Notes: generated by a model not told the origin, from the sequence alone. DNA of 64,000 bases from an uncultured Rhodothermales bacterium (GCA_964554105.1 CAZKNF010000004.1:38195-102194); one strand, 5' to 3'. Counted from the first letter of the stretch, positions 19,024 through 28,498 are shown. Translations and numbers: made by a program.

Positions 19024-20087
19024 TTCGCTTCCGCCCAGATGCTGTGAGATACAGTTTTGGATACTCCGTTTGACCCGTTCGAATCGGACGGATTTACATC
19101 GACTTTCGAGCGCAGGCGATTTCGTAGAAAGCGTGAGACGCCAATCAAAAATCCCACGCCGCTATAAAAGTAAAATAGACAGTGCCACGGAATTGAAAGT
19201 GCCGTAAAGAACGTCCCATGCTTCCGCCGCAATAATCGATAAAAATCACGATTCAACGCAATGAGAGCTAATATTGAAACTCCCGCAACAAAAAGTAGTG
19301 GAGGAAATGCAAAGCTAAATAGCATCAACCCCAATGTGACGTAAACAAGAACGACGCTTGCCCTGTTCTCAGCACGAAGATTCAAGTCGAGGGGCAACGC
19401 GCGATACGAAAGCATCAACTCCGTCCAGGGAACAGCCCTGTCGAACAGATCCGTGCGGATCATGTTGACGGCCGTCCACCGTTTCAGATGCTTAACCTGA
19501 ATATCCTTTCTCAACTTGATCCGATAACCGGAGTGCTTCAACCGGCATCCGAGCTCAATGTCCTCGATGCATGCTCGAGCAAAGGTATCGTCAAAGCCAC
19601 CAACGTCCTTAAACACGTCGCTCCGTATAGCACCACACCCTCCCCAAAATGTACTAGCCTCTTCTTCGGCTCGTTGGTGCGTGAAATGATGCAGCAGATT
19701 GCGGTACTGGGAAAGCAGCGTAGACGCGGCCGGCTCATCATCATAAGACCCAAACAAAGCGGCTAGATCTAAGTCCGCTTCAAAAGCACCCCTGACGAGA
19801 TCGACCGTGTTCCGCTGGACGCAGACGTCCGCATCGATAAATAGCAGAATCTCGCTTTTCGCAGCCCGAGCACCAACATTCCTAGCGACAGCCGGTCCCC
19901 TGCTCGTCGGGTTGACCAGGACTCGAGCTCCCGTGCCATATGCCCGACGCCACATGCCGTCCGTCTCCCCATCCGCTACGACGATAATCTCATCGACGTC
20001 AGAGGTGGCGTGCGTGAGGCTCTCAAGGCAGCTGAGAAAGGCCTCGCCCCCATTGTGGACAGGTACGACTACTGAAATTGAAAGCAT
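19020..20087 (-). CDS. Membrane-anchored GT2 glycosyltransferase. It is the first gene of the glycan locus.
   Basis: Motifs SISVVVPVHNGGEAF, IIVVADGETDG and LFIDADVCV, plus a C-terminal block of TM helices (VVLVYVTLGLMLFSFAFPPLLFVAGVSILALIAL, FYFYSGVGFLIGV). Confidence 0.8.
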   Translation of the reverse strand: MLSISVVVPVHNGGEAFLSCLESLTHATSDVDEIIVVADGETDGMWRRAYGTGARVLVNPTSRGPAVARNVGARAAKSEILLFIDADVCVQRNTVDLVRGAFEADLDLAALFGSYDDEPAASTLLSQYRNLLHHFTHQRAEEEASTFWGGCGAIRSDVFKDVGGFDDTFARACIEDIELGCRLKHSGYRIKLRKDIQVKHLKRWTAVNMIRTDLFDRAVPWTELMLSYRALPLDLNLRAENRASVVLVYVTLGLMLFSFAFPPLLFVAGVSILALIALNRDFYRLLRRKHGTFFTALSIPWHCLFYFYSGVGFLIGVSRFLRNRLRSKVDVNPSDSNGSNGVSKTVSHSIWAEAK

Positions 20088-20501
20088 AACTGACGGTTAT
20101 TCCGAGCTAGAACTAAATGTCGATCAACGAATGCCGCAAAATCCTTCATGACGGCAGCACCTAGAAACTACCAAGATGCATACGACGATACTATCAGCAT
20201 AAATGATGCCGATAGCATCGCTAAACGTACGAGTCAGCTGAGATACGTCCCGGCAAAAGCGGGCGCTGTACACCTGCGCCTTTGGAACGTACTCGATCAT
20301 CTTCCGCTCCATATCCGGGCTATCATCCAAACCAATACGCTGATACCAACGCCTCACGGCATAACCTGAAGGCGGCGAAGGTTCACGACAGGTCGAAGAG
20401 AATCTGCAATCCGGGACACGGAAACAGACTTTTTCGACGAAACTGATTGTTGTTTCCGGCTTTGTAACAAACCATTGAGTTATCGATTTCCTCGAGCAGT
20501 T

Positions 20502-22250
20502 ATGAAAGCAATCCGCTCCTATTTGCCGGTCGTGCTTCTCACAGCGCTGTTCCCGTGGACATTGTTCGCGCAGTCGGCGGAGATCACGCTTTCCGAATCG
20601 ACGCCCACCGTATTCGAGGACCCCGCGCTCGTCCAACGGTATCAGGCAACCATTACTCCCGAGCATCTGGCGGCGCAGCTCTACCTCTTCTCGTCTGACT
20701 ACTTTGAGGGGCGCGAGACGACTACGCGCGGCCAAAAGTTGGCGGCCCACTATCTCGCCTCACAGTATCGCAAGCTTGGATTGCTGCCGAAGGGCACGAC
20801 TCCTACGACGAATTCGTACGCGCCTGAAGCGTACTTCCAACCGTTCACCGTGCACGGCCAGAAATTACGGCGGGCGCAGCTCACGGTGGATATTCAAGAG
20901 GAACAGATCGCGACAAGCTCATTCTCCTCTGCTCAGCAGGATGACGACTCCTATTTCTTGCTGGGATCGCGACCTGAGGTCGAAGGCAGCGTCGTTTTTG
21001 CCGGATACGGAATATCGGACGCCGAACTCGGCTATGACGACTATTTGGCACTCGAAGATCGTGGCATCTCGATTGCCGGAAAGTGGATGCTCATCATCCG
21101 CGATGAGCCACTTGCCGATGAGTCCACCAGCCTCCTGTCATCTCGCAGCGGTGCTCGCACGGTCTGGTCGAAGAGCATACATCAGAAGCTGCGCGCCGCA
21201 TACCGTCACGGCGTTCCTAAAGGCTTTCTGATCGTTGCCGACGTGGGCCCGCGAGGCACGCAGCCGGTCGCCGACCTCGCGCAGCGCGCCGCGAAGGGAC
21301 TTGACGCTGTCGGCAGCCTCTCTCTCGTGGAATCGAGTGCGGCGCGCCCGCCTGCATATATGATTTCGAGTAATCTGGCGAACGAGATACTTGCACCTTC
21401 CGGTCGGACGATCGACGAAATCCGAAACCGGATCGATGAGACACTTTCGCCGGAAGTCTTTGAGCTCCCCGGCGTCGTAGTGCGCAGTACGCTCGAGTTC
21501 GAGTCGTACTCGGAATCTACCGAAAACGTATTGGCTTTCATCGAAGGAGTGGATCCTGCGCTGAAGGACGAGGTCTTGGTGATATCCTCCCATTACGATC
21601 ACATCGGCGTCGATCTTACTGAAGAGGGAGATCAGATTAATAACGGTGCAGACGACGACGCTTCGGGTACGGTGACGATGCTCGAGGTGGCAGAAGCATT
21701 CATGAAGGCAAAGCTGGATGGAGTCGGGCCGCGGCGCTCTCTCCTGTTTCTCAATGTGTCAGGAGAAGAAAAAGGTTTATTGGGCTCTGAATACTTCGCC
21801 GACGTGGAGCCGGTGATTCCGCTTGAGAAGATCGTAGCGAATTTGAATATCGACATGATCGGCCGGTATGATCCTACCTACACGGGCGATCATCCGGAAA
21901 ATTATGTCTACATCATCGGCTCGAACCTGATTTCGGAAGAGCTTCATGACGTAAACGTGAGAACAAATCAGGTGATGGGCCTCGGTCTGGAGCTGAATGA
22001 GCGATTTAATTCGAAAGACGATCCAAACCAGTTCTATGCACGCTCAGATCACTGGAACTTTGGAAAACACGGCATTCCGTTCATCTTCTTTTTTACGGGG
22101 ACGCATGACGATTATCATCGGCCGGGCGATGAAGCAGACAAGATCGACTACGAGCGGTTGACCCGAATCGCGAAGCTAATTTTCGCCACTTCGTGGCAGA
22201 TTGCAAATCAGGATCAGCCCCCCGCCGTGAGTGGTTCGGGCTTCCATTGA
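20502..22250 (+). CDS. M28 family metallo-aminopeptidase with PA domain, secreted
   Basis: Signal peptide MKAIRSYLPVVLLTALFPWTLFAQS. Motifs SSHYDHIGV, NNGADDDASGTV and SGEEKGLLGSEYF. The ORF track begins at a TTG at 20475. Confidence 0.85.
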   Translation: MKAIRSYLPVVLLTALFPWTLFAQSAEITLSESTPTVFEDPALVQRYQATITPEHLAAQLYLFSSDYFEGRETTTRGQKLAAHYLASQYRKLGLLPKGTTPTTNSYAPEAYFQPFTVHGQKLRRAQLTVDIQEEQIATSSFSSAQQDDDSYFLLGSRPEVEGSVVFAGYGISDAELGYDDYLALEDRGISIAGKWMLIIRDEPLADESTSLLSSRSGARTVWSKSIHQKLRAAYRHGVPKGFLIVADVGPRGTQPVADLAQRAAKGLDAVGSLSLVESSAARPPAYMISSNLANEILAPSGRTIDEIRNRIDETLSPEVFELPGVVVRSTLEFESYSESTENVLAFIEGVDPALKDEVLVISSHYDHIGVDLTEEGDQINNGADDDASGTVTMLEVAEAFMKAKLDGVGPRRSLLFLNVSGEEKGLLGSEYFADVEPVIPLEKIVANLNIDMIGRYDPTYTGDHPENYVYIIGSNLISEELHDVNVRTNQVMGLGLELNERFNSKDDPNQFYARSDHWNFGKHGIPFIFFFTGTHDDYHRPGDEADKIDYERLTRIAKLIFATSWQIANQDQPPAVSGSGFH

Positions 22251-23464
22251 TGCTCCAGACCATGCGTGAGCGCATTCGAAAGATAAACGATGATTTGTTC
22301 GATGAAGTCGTGCGGCTGCGCCGGAAGATCCACCAGGATCCGGAGCTGGCCTTCGAAGAGGAGAAGACGGCCCGGCTCGTCATCGAGACGCTTGAGCCGT
22401 TAGACCTCGAGCTGCGCACGAAGGTCGCAAAAACGGGCGTCGTAGCGACATTGGAGGGAGCACACCCCGGCCCCACGGTTGCTCTTCGTGGCGATATGGA
22501 TGCCCTTCCGATTCACGAAGAGAATGATTTCGAGTTCGCCTCCCAAATCGCAGGTAAGATGCACGCCTGCGGCCACGATGCGCATACGTCGTCCCTTCTC
22601 GGCACCGCGATGATTCTCGCACGACTTCGTGAGGACCTCCACGGTCGCATCCGCTTCCTCTTCCAGCCCAGCGAAGAGCGTCTTCCCGGAGGTGCCAGGC
22701 CGATGATCGACGAGGGTGTGCTGAATGGTAATGATTCACCGCGCGCCGTCTTTGGCCAGCATGTCCAGCCCGATCTTCCTGCAGGACAAATTGGAGTGCG
22801 AAGCGGCATGTATATGGCCTCATCTGATGAAATCTACATTACAATAAAAGGGGCCGGAGGCCACGCGGCAGCTCCGCACATGCTGTCAAGCGACGCCGTC
22901 CTGGCCGCATCACACGTCGTAATCGCGCTTCAGAGCGTCGTCAGCCGCAATTGTCCGCCCGACGTACCGAGCGTGCTCACGATAGGCCGTCTGATCGCGG
23001 ACGGTGCAACCAACGTCATTCCCGAGCAAGTTGTGCTCGAAGGGACGTTTCGGGCCATGGATGAGACGTGGCGATCCAGCGCCCATGAGTTGATTCACAG
23101 AGTCGCCGTCGGAACCGCCCGGGCGTACGGTGCGGAAGCCGAAGTTAAGATCGTAGTCGGCTATCCCGCCTTGTACAACCATCCCGCGGAGACCGACTTC
23201 GTGCGTGACGCGGCCGCTGATTATGTCGGCGCCGAAAACGTCGTCGAGCTCGACCAGTGGTTTGCTTCGGAGGACTTCGCGTGGTATCTGAAGCACGTGC
23301 CGGGCTCGTTTTATCGAATCGGCACGGGTAATAAGGAGAAAGGCATCGTCCACGGACTGCATACACCGCGGTTCACGATCGATGAAGATGCACTGCGGAC
23401 CGCTCCCGGATTCATGGCGTATCTTGCCTGGAAGTATACTTCGAGCCTGTCCGGATCTGAATGA
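22250..23464 (+). CDS. M20 family amidohydrolase (N-acyl-amino acid amidohydrolase/hippuricase-like)
   Basis: Motifs MHACGHDAHT, LFQPSEE and GGHAAAPH. I chose the ATG at 22250, which overlaps the M28 stop (TGATG). The ORF track begins at 22193. Confidence 0.85.
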   Translation: MLQTMRERIRKINDDLFDEVVRLRRKIHQDPELAFEEEKTARLVIETLEPLDLELRTKVAKTGVVATLEGAHPGPTVALRGDMDALPIHEENDFEFASQIAGKMHACGHDAHTSSLLGTAMILARLREDLHGRIRFLFQPSEERLPGGARPMIDEGVLNGNDSPRAVFGQHVQPDLPAGQIGVRSGMYMASSDEIYITIKGAGGHAAAPHMLSSDAVLAASHVVIALQSVVSRNCPPDVPSVLTIGRLIADGATNVIPEQVVLEGTFRAMDETWRSSAHELIHRVAVGTARAYGAEAEVKIVVGYPALYNHPAETDFVRDAAADYVGAENVVELDQWFASEDFAWYLKHVPGSFYRIGTGNKEKGIVHGLHTPRFTIDEDALRTAPGFMAYLAWKYTSSLSGSE

Positions 23465-24039
23465 AGCTCTTCTCTTTCGTCCTCCTTAGCCTTGTCGTTT
23501 TCACCACCGGCTGTTCATCGACAGAGGAAATCGAGACATCACGTCCACGTACGCCTGAAGGTTCGACGAGCGAGGAAACACCTGCCGACCGGCAAGCACA
23601 GCTCGTGGTCACGCTCGCGCAAGGAGAAAGTGCTCTTCCGGACGATATCGAGCGACTCGAGTTTCGCATATCTGAAGTTCGGGTACACCGGGCAGATGGA
23701 GAGTGGGTCCGGCTCCCATCAGACATGCGTCAGTTCACCATGTCGCAGCGACAGTCGGAGCCTCGTAGAACGGTCATCGAGACGAGCGTACCTCCTGCGG
23801 AATATGATTCGGTGGCGTTCGCGTTCAACAGCATCTTCGCCACCTTCAATGCGAATGCCGGCGCGCCGCTAACAGCGCCGGACGATGCACCACTGCGGAT
23901 GGCACTCAATTTGAATCCGTCGCTTGAAGACCGAACTGTGCTCGCACTTTTATTCGAGCCGGGCGCATCTCTTCGACGCTCGCCTGATTGCCGCTGGTTC
24001 TTTGTGCCGGTGATCCGCACTGAGACGGTTGCTCCCTAG
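23461..24039 (+). CDS. Lipoprotein, possibly DUF4382-like
   Basis: Lipobox LVVFTTGCSS. The segment IERLEFRISEVRVHRADGEWVRLP resembles the DUF4382 core. The start forms an ATGA overlap with the M20 gene. Confidence 0.5.
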   Translation: MKLFSFVLLSLVVFTTGCSSTEEIETSRPRTPEGSTSEETPADRQAQLVVTLAQGESALPDDIERLEFRISEVRVHRADGEWVRLPSDMRQFTMSQRQSEPRRTVIETSVPPAEYDSVAFAFNSIFATFNANAGAPLTAPDDAPLRMALNLNPSLEDRTVLALLFEPGASLRRSPDCRWFFVPVIRTETVAP

Positions 24040-24114
24040 GGGATGACCGGGGGATCGGTAGGACTCGGACGACGGATACGCAAAAGTTTGGGAGAGGCGC
24101 TGCTCGGCGTCGTC

Positions 24115-24417
24115 TCAGTATGCGGCGGGCGCATTGACAGCTTCGACGCGGGAAATTTGCGGTACAGAGCGCTTGAGCGCCTGTTCGATGCCGGCACGAA
24201 GCGTCATCGTGCTCATTGGACAGGATCCGCATGCACCGAGAAGTTCAAGCTCGACCACCAGGTCCGGCGTGATATTCAACAAACGCACGGACCCACCATC
24301 CGCCATTAGATAAGGGCGGATCATATCAAGAGACTCCTCGATCTGACTGCGAAGCTCCGAATCCGCACCAGGATCAAACTCGTCCGAATATGATGTCTGG
24401 TCGTTATTCTCAGGCAT
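24115..24417 (-). CDS. NifU-like Fe-S cluster assembly domain protein (Nfu type)
   Basis: The sequence IRPYLMADGGSVRLL...ELELLGACGSCPMSTMTLRAGIEQAL contains the CxxC Nfu motif. Confidence 0.85.
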   Translation of the reverse strand: MPENNDQTSYSDEFDPGADSELRSQIEESLDMIRPYLMADGGSVRLLNITPDLVVELELLGACGSCPMSTMTLRAGIEQALKRSVPQISRVEAVNAPAAY

Positions 24418-24517
24418 TGGGCAGGTGCGGCGGGTTGATGAACCCGATATATAGTCGTATCAACGTCGGAAACGATGAAAAGCGCGCGGGGATCCCAGCA
24501 CTACATATTCCGGGGGA

Positions 24518-25636
24518 TTACTTGTATAGAATCTCAACCTTTTGCGTTGGCTCAATCTCCGCATTGCGGATGGTCACCTGCTCCACGACGCGGTCAGCGA
24601 GATCGCGGAATGCTGTCGAAGAAATACTGTCGGGATGGGAAACCACCATCGGCTCACCCCTGTCACTCGTTTCACGAAGCGCTTGCTCGATCGGAATCTC
24701 TGCCAGCAGACCTACACCCAGTTCTTCGGCAAGTTGCCTCGCTCCACGCTCTCCGAATAGGAAGTATTTCCGGTCCGGTAAATCAGGCGGTGTGAAATAC
24801 GCCATATTTTCGACGATACCTAGTACCGGCACGTTCACGTTCTCGAACATCGCCACTCCCTTTCTCGCGTCAGCGAGGGCAACTTTCTGCGGTGTGGATA
24901 CGATAACCGCCCCCGTCAAGGCGACCGTCTGTACGATAGTAAGCTGGATGTCGCCCGTACCCGGTGGGAGATCGAGAATAAGATAGTCGAGCTCACCCCA
25001 TTCAGCCTCCCCAAGGAACTGACGAACGGCATTCGAGACCATCGGGCCACGCCAGATCACCGCCTTCGCCGGATCCACCATCATACCCATCGAAAGCAGT
25101 CGGACACCATGTCGCTCGAGCGGAACGATTTTTCGGTGTTCGTTGACGCGGGGCTTTTCGTCCTCCACGCCAAACATCGTGGGGACCGAAGGACCGTACA
25201 TGTCGGTGTCCACCAAACCGACGTCGAACCCCTTCTGCGCTAAGGCGACAGCGAGATTCGATGCCACGGTGCTCTTGCCGACCCCTCCCTTGCCGGATGC
25301 TACGGCGATGAAGTTGACCACGCCCTTCGGCTGGGCCGACTGCTTACCTCCAGACCCGTCGCCCTCTAGCTGCTCGCCGAGGGAAATCATCTCGTTGTCT
25401 AATGCAACATCGACGCGGACGTCTGAACCCGCTTCCTTCTTGATCGCCGAAGCACAGAGCTCGGTGACGCGTTCCGCGAACGGGGCACCCGGGTTCCTGA
25501 GCACGACCGTGAAAGTTACGTGGTTGCCGGCGATCCGAAGGCCCTTGACCATGTTGAGACGCAGCACGTCCCGTCCGCTCTCCGGCTCAATAACATGAGA
25601 GAGTGCGTGGAGAACCTGTTCTCGCGTAACGGCCAT
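24518..25636 (-). CDS. mrp: Mrp/NBP35 (ApbC) family Fe-S cluster carrier ATPase
   Basis: N-terminal DUF59-like domain, deviant Walker A ASGKGGVGKSTV, and ILDLPPGTGD. Confidence 0.9.
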   Translation of the reverse strand: MAVTREQVLHALSHVIEPESGRDVLRLNMVKGLRIAGNHVTFTVVLRNPGAPFAERVTELCASAIKKEAGSDVRVDVALDNEMISLGEQLEGDGSGGKQSAQPKGVVNFIAVASGKGGVGKSTVASNLAVALAQKGFDVGLVDTDMYGPSVPTMFGVEDEKPRVNEHRKIVPLERHGVRLLSMGMMVDPAKAVIWRGPMVSNAVRQFLGEAEWGELDYLILDLPPGTGDIQLTIVQTVALTGAVIVSTPQKVALADARKGVAMFENVNVPVLGIVENMAYFTPPDLPDRKYFLFGERGARQLAEELGVGLLAEIPIEQALRETSDRGEPMVVSHPDSISSTAFRDLADRVVEQVTIRNAEIEPTQKVEILYK

Positions 25637-25777
25637 TTTTCAACTAGAGAATTGGTGTTCGGACTCCGCTGGGTTGGGACAGTGGGTTGTATCGATTGTT
25701 CCTATCGTACGCCGTCCTGGAACGCGACGATGAAAGGTAATCTCCGAGGATTCTCGGTGAGAGAAATGGCCTTTAAG

Positions 25778-26620
25778 CTACTGGTCAGCACGCCTTAAAG
25801 CGCCGGCCCACCAATCATTCTCAATCCGTTCGTCTACCAGATTGAAACCGTGACCATGAGAGATCTGCAGGAGCCGATCGCGATCCATACGGAGCACACC
25901 CGATACGAGAAGCGATCCATTCTCCGCGAGCCTCTCGCCGAACTCAGAAAGTAATCCCGCGATCACATTGAAATTTATGTTCGCTAAGATGACGTCGAAC
26001 CCGTTCTCGTATACCGTCTCAATCGAGCCCGACCGCATCTCGGCACGATCGGCGACACGGTTCAGATAGAAATTCTCCACGGCATTCGTCTGAGACCACG
26101 GATCGGTATCGAACGCTACTGCCGTCGACGCGCCAACTTTAATAGCCGCCACTGCAAGGATCCCGGTGCCTGTGCCTGCATCAAGGACGTTGTCCCCTGC
26201 ATGCACATAGTCCGGCAGCATGCGCAGCAGTAAACGCGTGGACTCGTGATAACCTGTCCCGAAACTCATCTTCGGATCGATTTCCAGAAGCGTCAAAGTC
26301 TCGCTCGCGGACGGCGTACTGTGCCACGTGGGCTTGACTAGAAAGGGTCCGACGACCACAGGTCGGATCGTTTCTTCCCAGCGCCGATTCCAGTTTTCTT
26401 CGGCAATGACCTCCTCTGCTATCGGCGTGTGAACGTCGTGCTGCGTGAGCCACCGCTCGATGCTTTCACGTGCTACGTCATTCCACCTTGCCGCTGGTAT
26501 GTACGCGATGATGCAGTCGTCATGCTGCTCGAATGCATCGAAGTCGAGGTCAGAGAGCTCGGCGATCAGAATCTCCTGATATGCATCGGGGACGTGAATT
26601 GTCAGGGCAATAGTCTGCAC
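25778..26620 (-). CDS. prmA: Ribosomal protein L11 methyltransferase
   Basis: Motifs IDPKMSFGTGYHESTRL and VLDAGTGTGILAVAA. Confidence 0.85.
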   Translation of the reverse strand: MQTIALTIHVPDAYQEILIAELSDLDFDAFEQHDDCIIAYIPAARWNDVARESIERWLTQHDVHTPIAEEVIAEENWNRRWEETIRPVVVGPFLVKPTWHSTPSASETLTLLEIDPKMSFGTGYHESTRLLLRMLPDYVHAGDNVLDAGTGTGILAVAAIKVGASTAVAFDTDPWSQTNAVENFYLNRVADRAEMRSGSIETVYENGFDVILANINFNVIAGLLSEFGERLAENGSLLVSGVLRMDRDRLLQISHGHGFNLVDERIENDWWAGALRRADQ

Positions 26621-26692
26621 GTGATAGCGATTCTTTTCCGTCGCCGACGGGCGGCGATACTGAGCGACTGTAGCGGACCGGCCGACGCCGTT

Positions 26693-28498
26693 CTAAAGTT
26701 TAGATATCCGAATACCCCAATTCTGCGGATCGATAGGTGCCTCGTCGCCGAAATCGCCGTACGCGTGGGAGAAGTCTGATCGATAGTGAACCGTATAGGT
26801 ACCGGCATCGAGCGTGACCGTGCCGTCGAATCGACGGTTCCGGTCAGCACCGCCGGCCGGCCGCGTGTTCTGCCACGTCATCTCCCATACGATCTCTCCG
26901 GTTTCGGTATTCTCTATCCAAGCATAGTCGTACCGTCCACTGATCGAAATCTCACCCATTGCCTGCACGTGCAGATTTGACTGTTCGTCGAGAACTATCG
27001 ATTCGCTCCTGCGCGTTTCATTCCCGACCTCAGAGAAAGTAAGTATCGTCGTCCCGGGAAGATCGGGCGTGGCAGACGGTGCAGGCGGCGGCGGGGGACG
27101 CATATCGTCGTTTTCTAACGTCGATTGTTCATAGCCGAGCACCTCCACAATGGTGGAATCAACGTCCTCTTCAACAGGAAAGAGACTCACCCCCCAACGA
27201 TTCGGATGCTCCGGCAGGGCGTGCCGCCACGAATCGAACGCGTGTGAGTCATCCGTTTCGTAGCCCAGCGTGTACGCACCCGGTTCAAGGTGGAAAAACG
27301 CCATCTCAGCGCGATTATTGTCATGGTCGCCTGTGCGTCGCGAGTTCTCCCACGTCATCTCCCAGACGCTCTCTTGCGACTCGTTGTTGCGAAGCCATGC
27401 CCAGTCATAGCGACTACCTTCACCGATCTCTCCAACTGCATTGGCGACCACGTGCACCGGCTCGTTGACCCGAAACTGCGCACGCCGCCGTTCATCGTTG
27501 CCAACCCTGGTGAGTTCGATTATAGGACTGCGCGTCGTGACCGGGTCAAATGCAGTGACAGCGGAGACCGGATCCGCCGATAACGTGATACCCCAGCCTG
27601 CGGCGTCGAAGGGCGGATTCCCTACCCAGTCACCCCAGCTTTGCAGCGCATCCGTTTCGTAGACGGCACGATAGATACCCGGCTCGATACTTAGTGTGTC
27701 GCTATAGACCCGGTTGACGTTCCATCCGCCCGCGTGATCGGTGTTCGCGATGGTCATCTCCCAGAGCCGCTCTCCAGCAAGCACGTTCTCGATTATGCCG
27801 TAGTCCATCTGCTCGTCACCGATCTCTCCTACGGCGTACACGAACAACCTGGCGGAATCCGCCACACGGAATACGTACTCCTCGTTCTGTCGGCCCCTCA
27901 TTGGCGCCGTACTCCAGACGGCGTTTGGCGGCTGGGGCGCAAGTTGATCGTCCGGCTCCTCTTCCAACCGTTCAACTGCCGTCCGTTCGCCGTCCGACAT
28001 CCGAACGACCATCCTCCACTCGCTGTCGTCGTTGCGCCATCCTGACTCATTACCAAAGATGCGGTCGAGAAGTGAGATCCCGAAACGAGAGCTGTTGCGG
28101 TTGCCGAAGGAGCTGAAATAGATGTCGTAGATTCCAGGGTCCAGCTCCACGGTGTCTCGCGCCGTTGCGACGCTTCCGCGGTCACGCGTCGAGGTCTCCG
28201 GTTCCATACGCCAGACTACCTCACGATCTTTACGATCCAGCACCCATCCGTACGCGGCAAGTGAGGCGTTTCCGTCGGTCGACTCGTACGAACCCACCGC
28301 TTCGATCGCGATGCGAGCAGGACGATCGAGCGAAAAAGCAGCGTGGCGCAGTCGTTCGGGCTCGATATCGGAAAGCACGACAACACCTTCCGGCTCGGGA
28401 GGGCCTTGCGAAATTCGATATGCTAAGAGCAGTGTAACCAGAGCGAGCAGAATCAGCTCAACTCGAACCAACTTCTTACGGTTCATAGAGGCGAACAT
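26693..28498 (-). CDS. Secreted or membrane-anchored protein with four ~115-aa internal repeats and unknown function
   Basis: N-terminal hydrophobic anchor LILLALVTLLLAY. The repeats fall at roughly aa 45-165, 195-307, 325-440 and 483-599. They share AxGEI....YDxAWIxN....ExVWEMT..N....GG...NR.......L.PGxYxxxYxxDxSH....W....P..P..WGI. Confidence 0.7.
   Translation of the reverse strand: MFASMNRKKLVRVELILLALVTLLLAYRISQGPPEPEGVVVLSDIEPERLRHAAFSLDRPARIAIEAVGSYESTDGNASLAAYGWVLDRKDREVVWRMEPETSTRDRGSVATARDTVELDPGIYDIYFSSFGNRNSSRFGISLLDRIFGNESGWRNDDSEWRMVVRMSDGERTAVERLEEEPDDQLAPQPPNAVWSTAPMRGRQNEEYVFRVADSARLFVYAVGEIGDEQMDYGIIENVLAGERLWEMTIANTDHAGGWNVNRVYSDTLSIEPGIYRAVYETDALQSWGDWVGNPPFDAAGWGITLSADPVSAVTAFDPVTTRSPIIELTRVGNDERRRAQFRVNEPVHVVANAVGEIGEGSRYDWAWLRNNESQESVWEMTWENSRRTGDHDNNRAEMAFFHLEPGAYTLGYETDDSHAFDSWRHALPEHPNRWGVSLFPVEEDVDSTIVEVLGYEQSTLENDDMRPPPPPAPSATPDLPGTTILTFSEVGNETRRSESIVLDEQSNLHVQAMGEISISGRYDYAWIENTETGEIVWEMTWQNTRPAGGADRNRRFDGTVTLDAGTYTVHYRSDFSHAYGDFGDEAPIDPQNWGIRISKL

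Noticed and set aside
20124-20750. A 208-aa minus-strand ORF spans the glycan-locus leader and the 5-prime end of the M28 peptidase gene.
   Set aside because: Its upstream two-thirds is antisense to the well-supported peptidase signal peptide and N-terminal region. It has no recognisable motif. Only a short C-terminal piece (about 62 aa, 20124..20312) lies in truly intergenic DNA, and its coding status cannot be supported.
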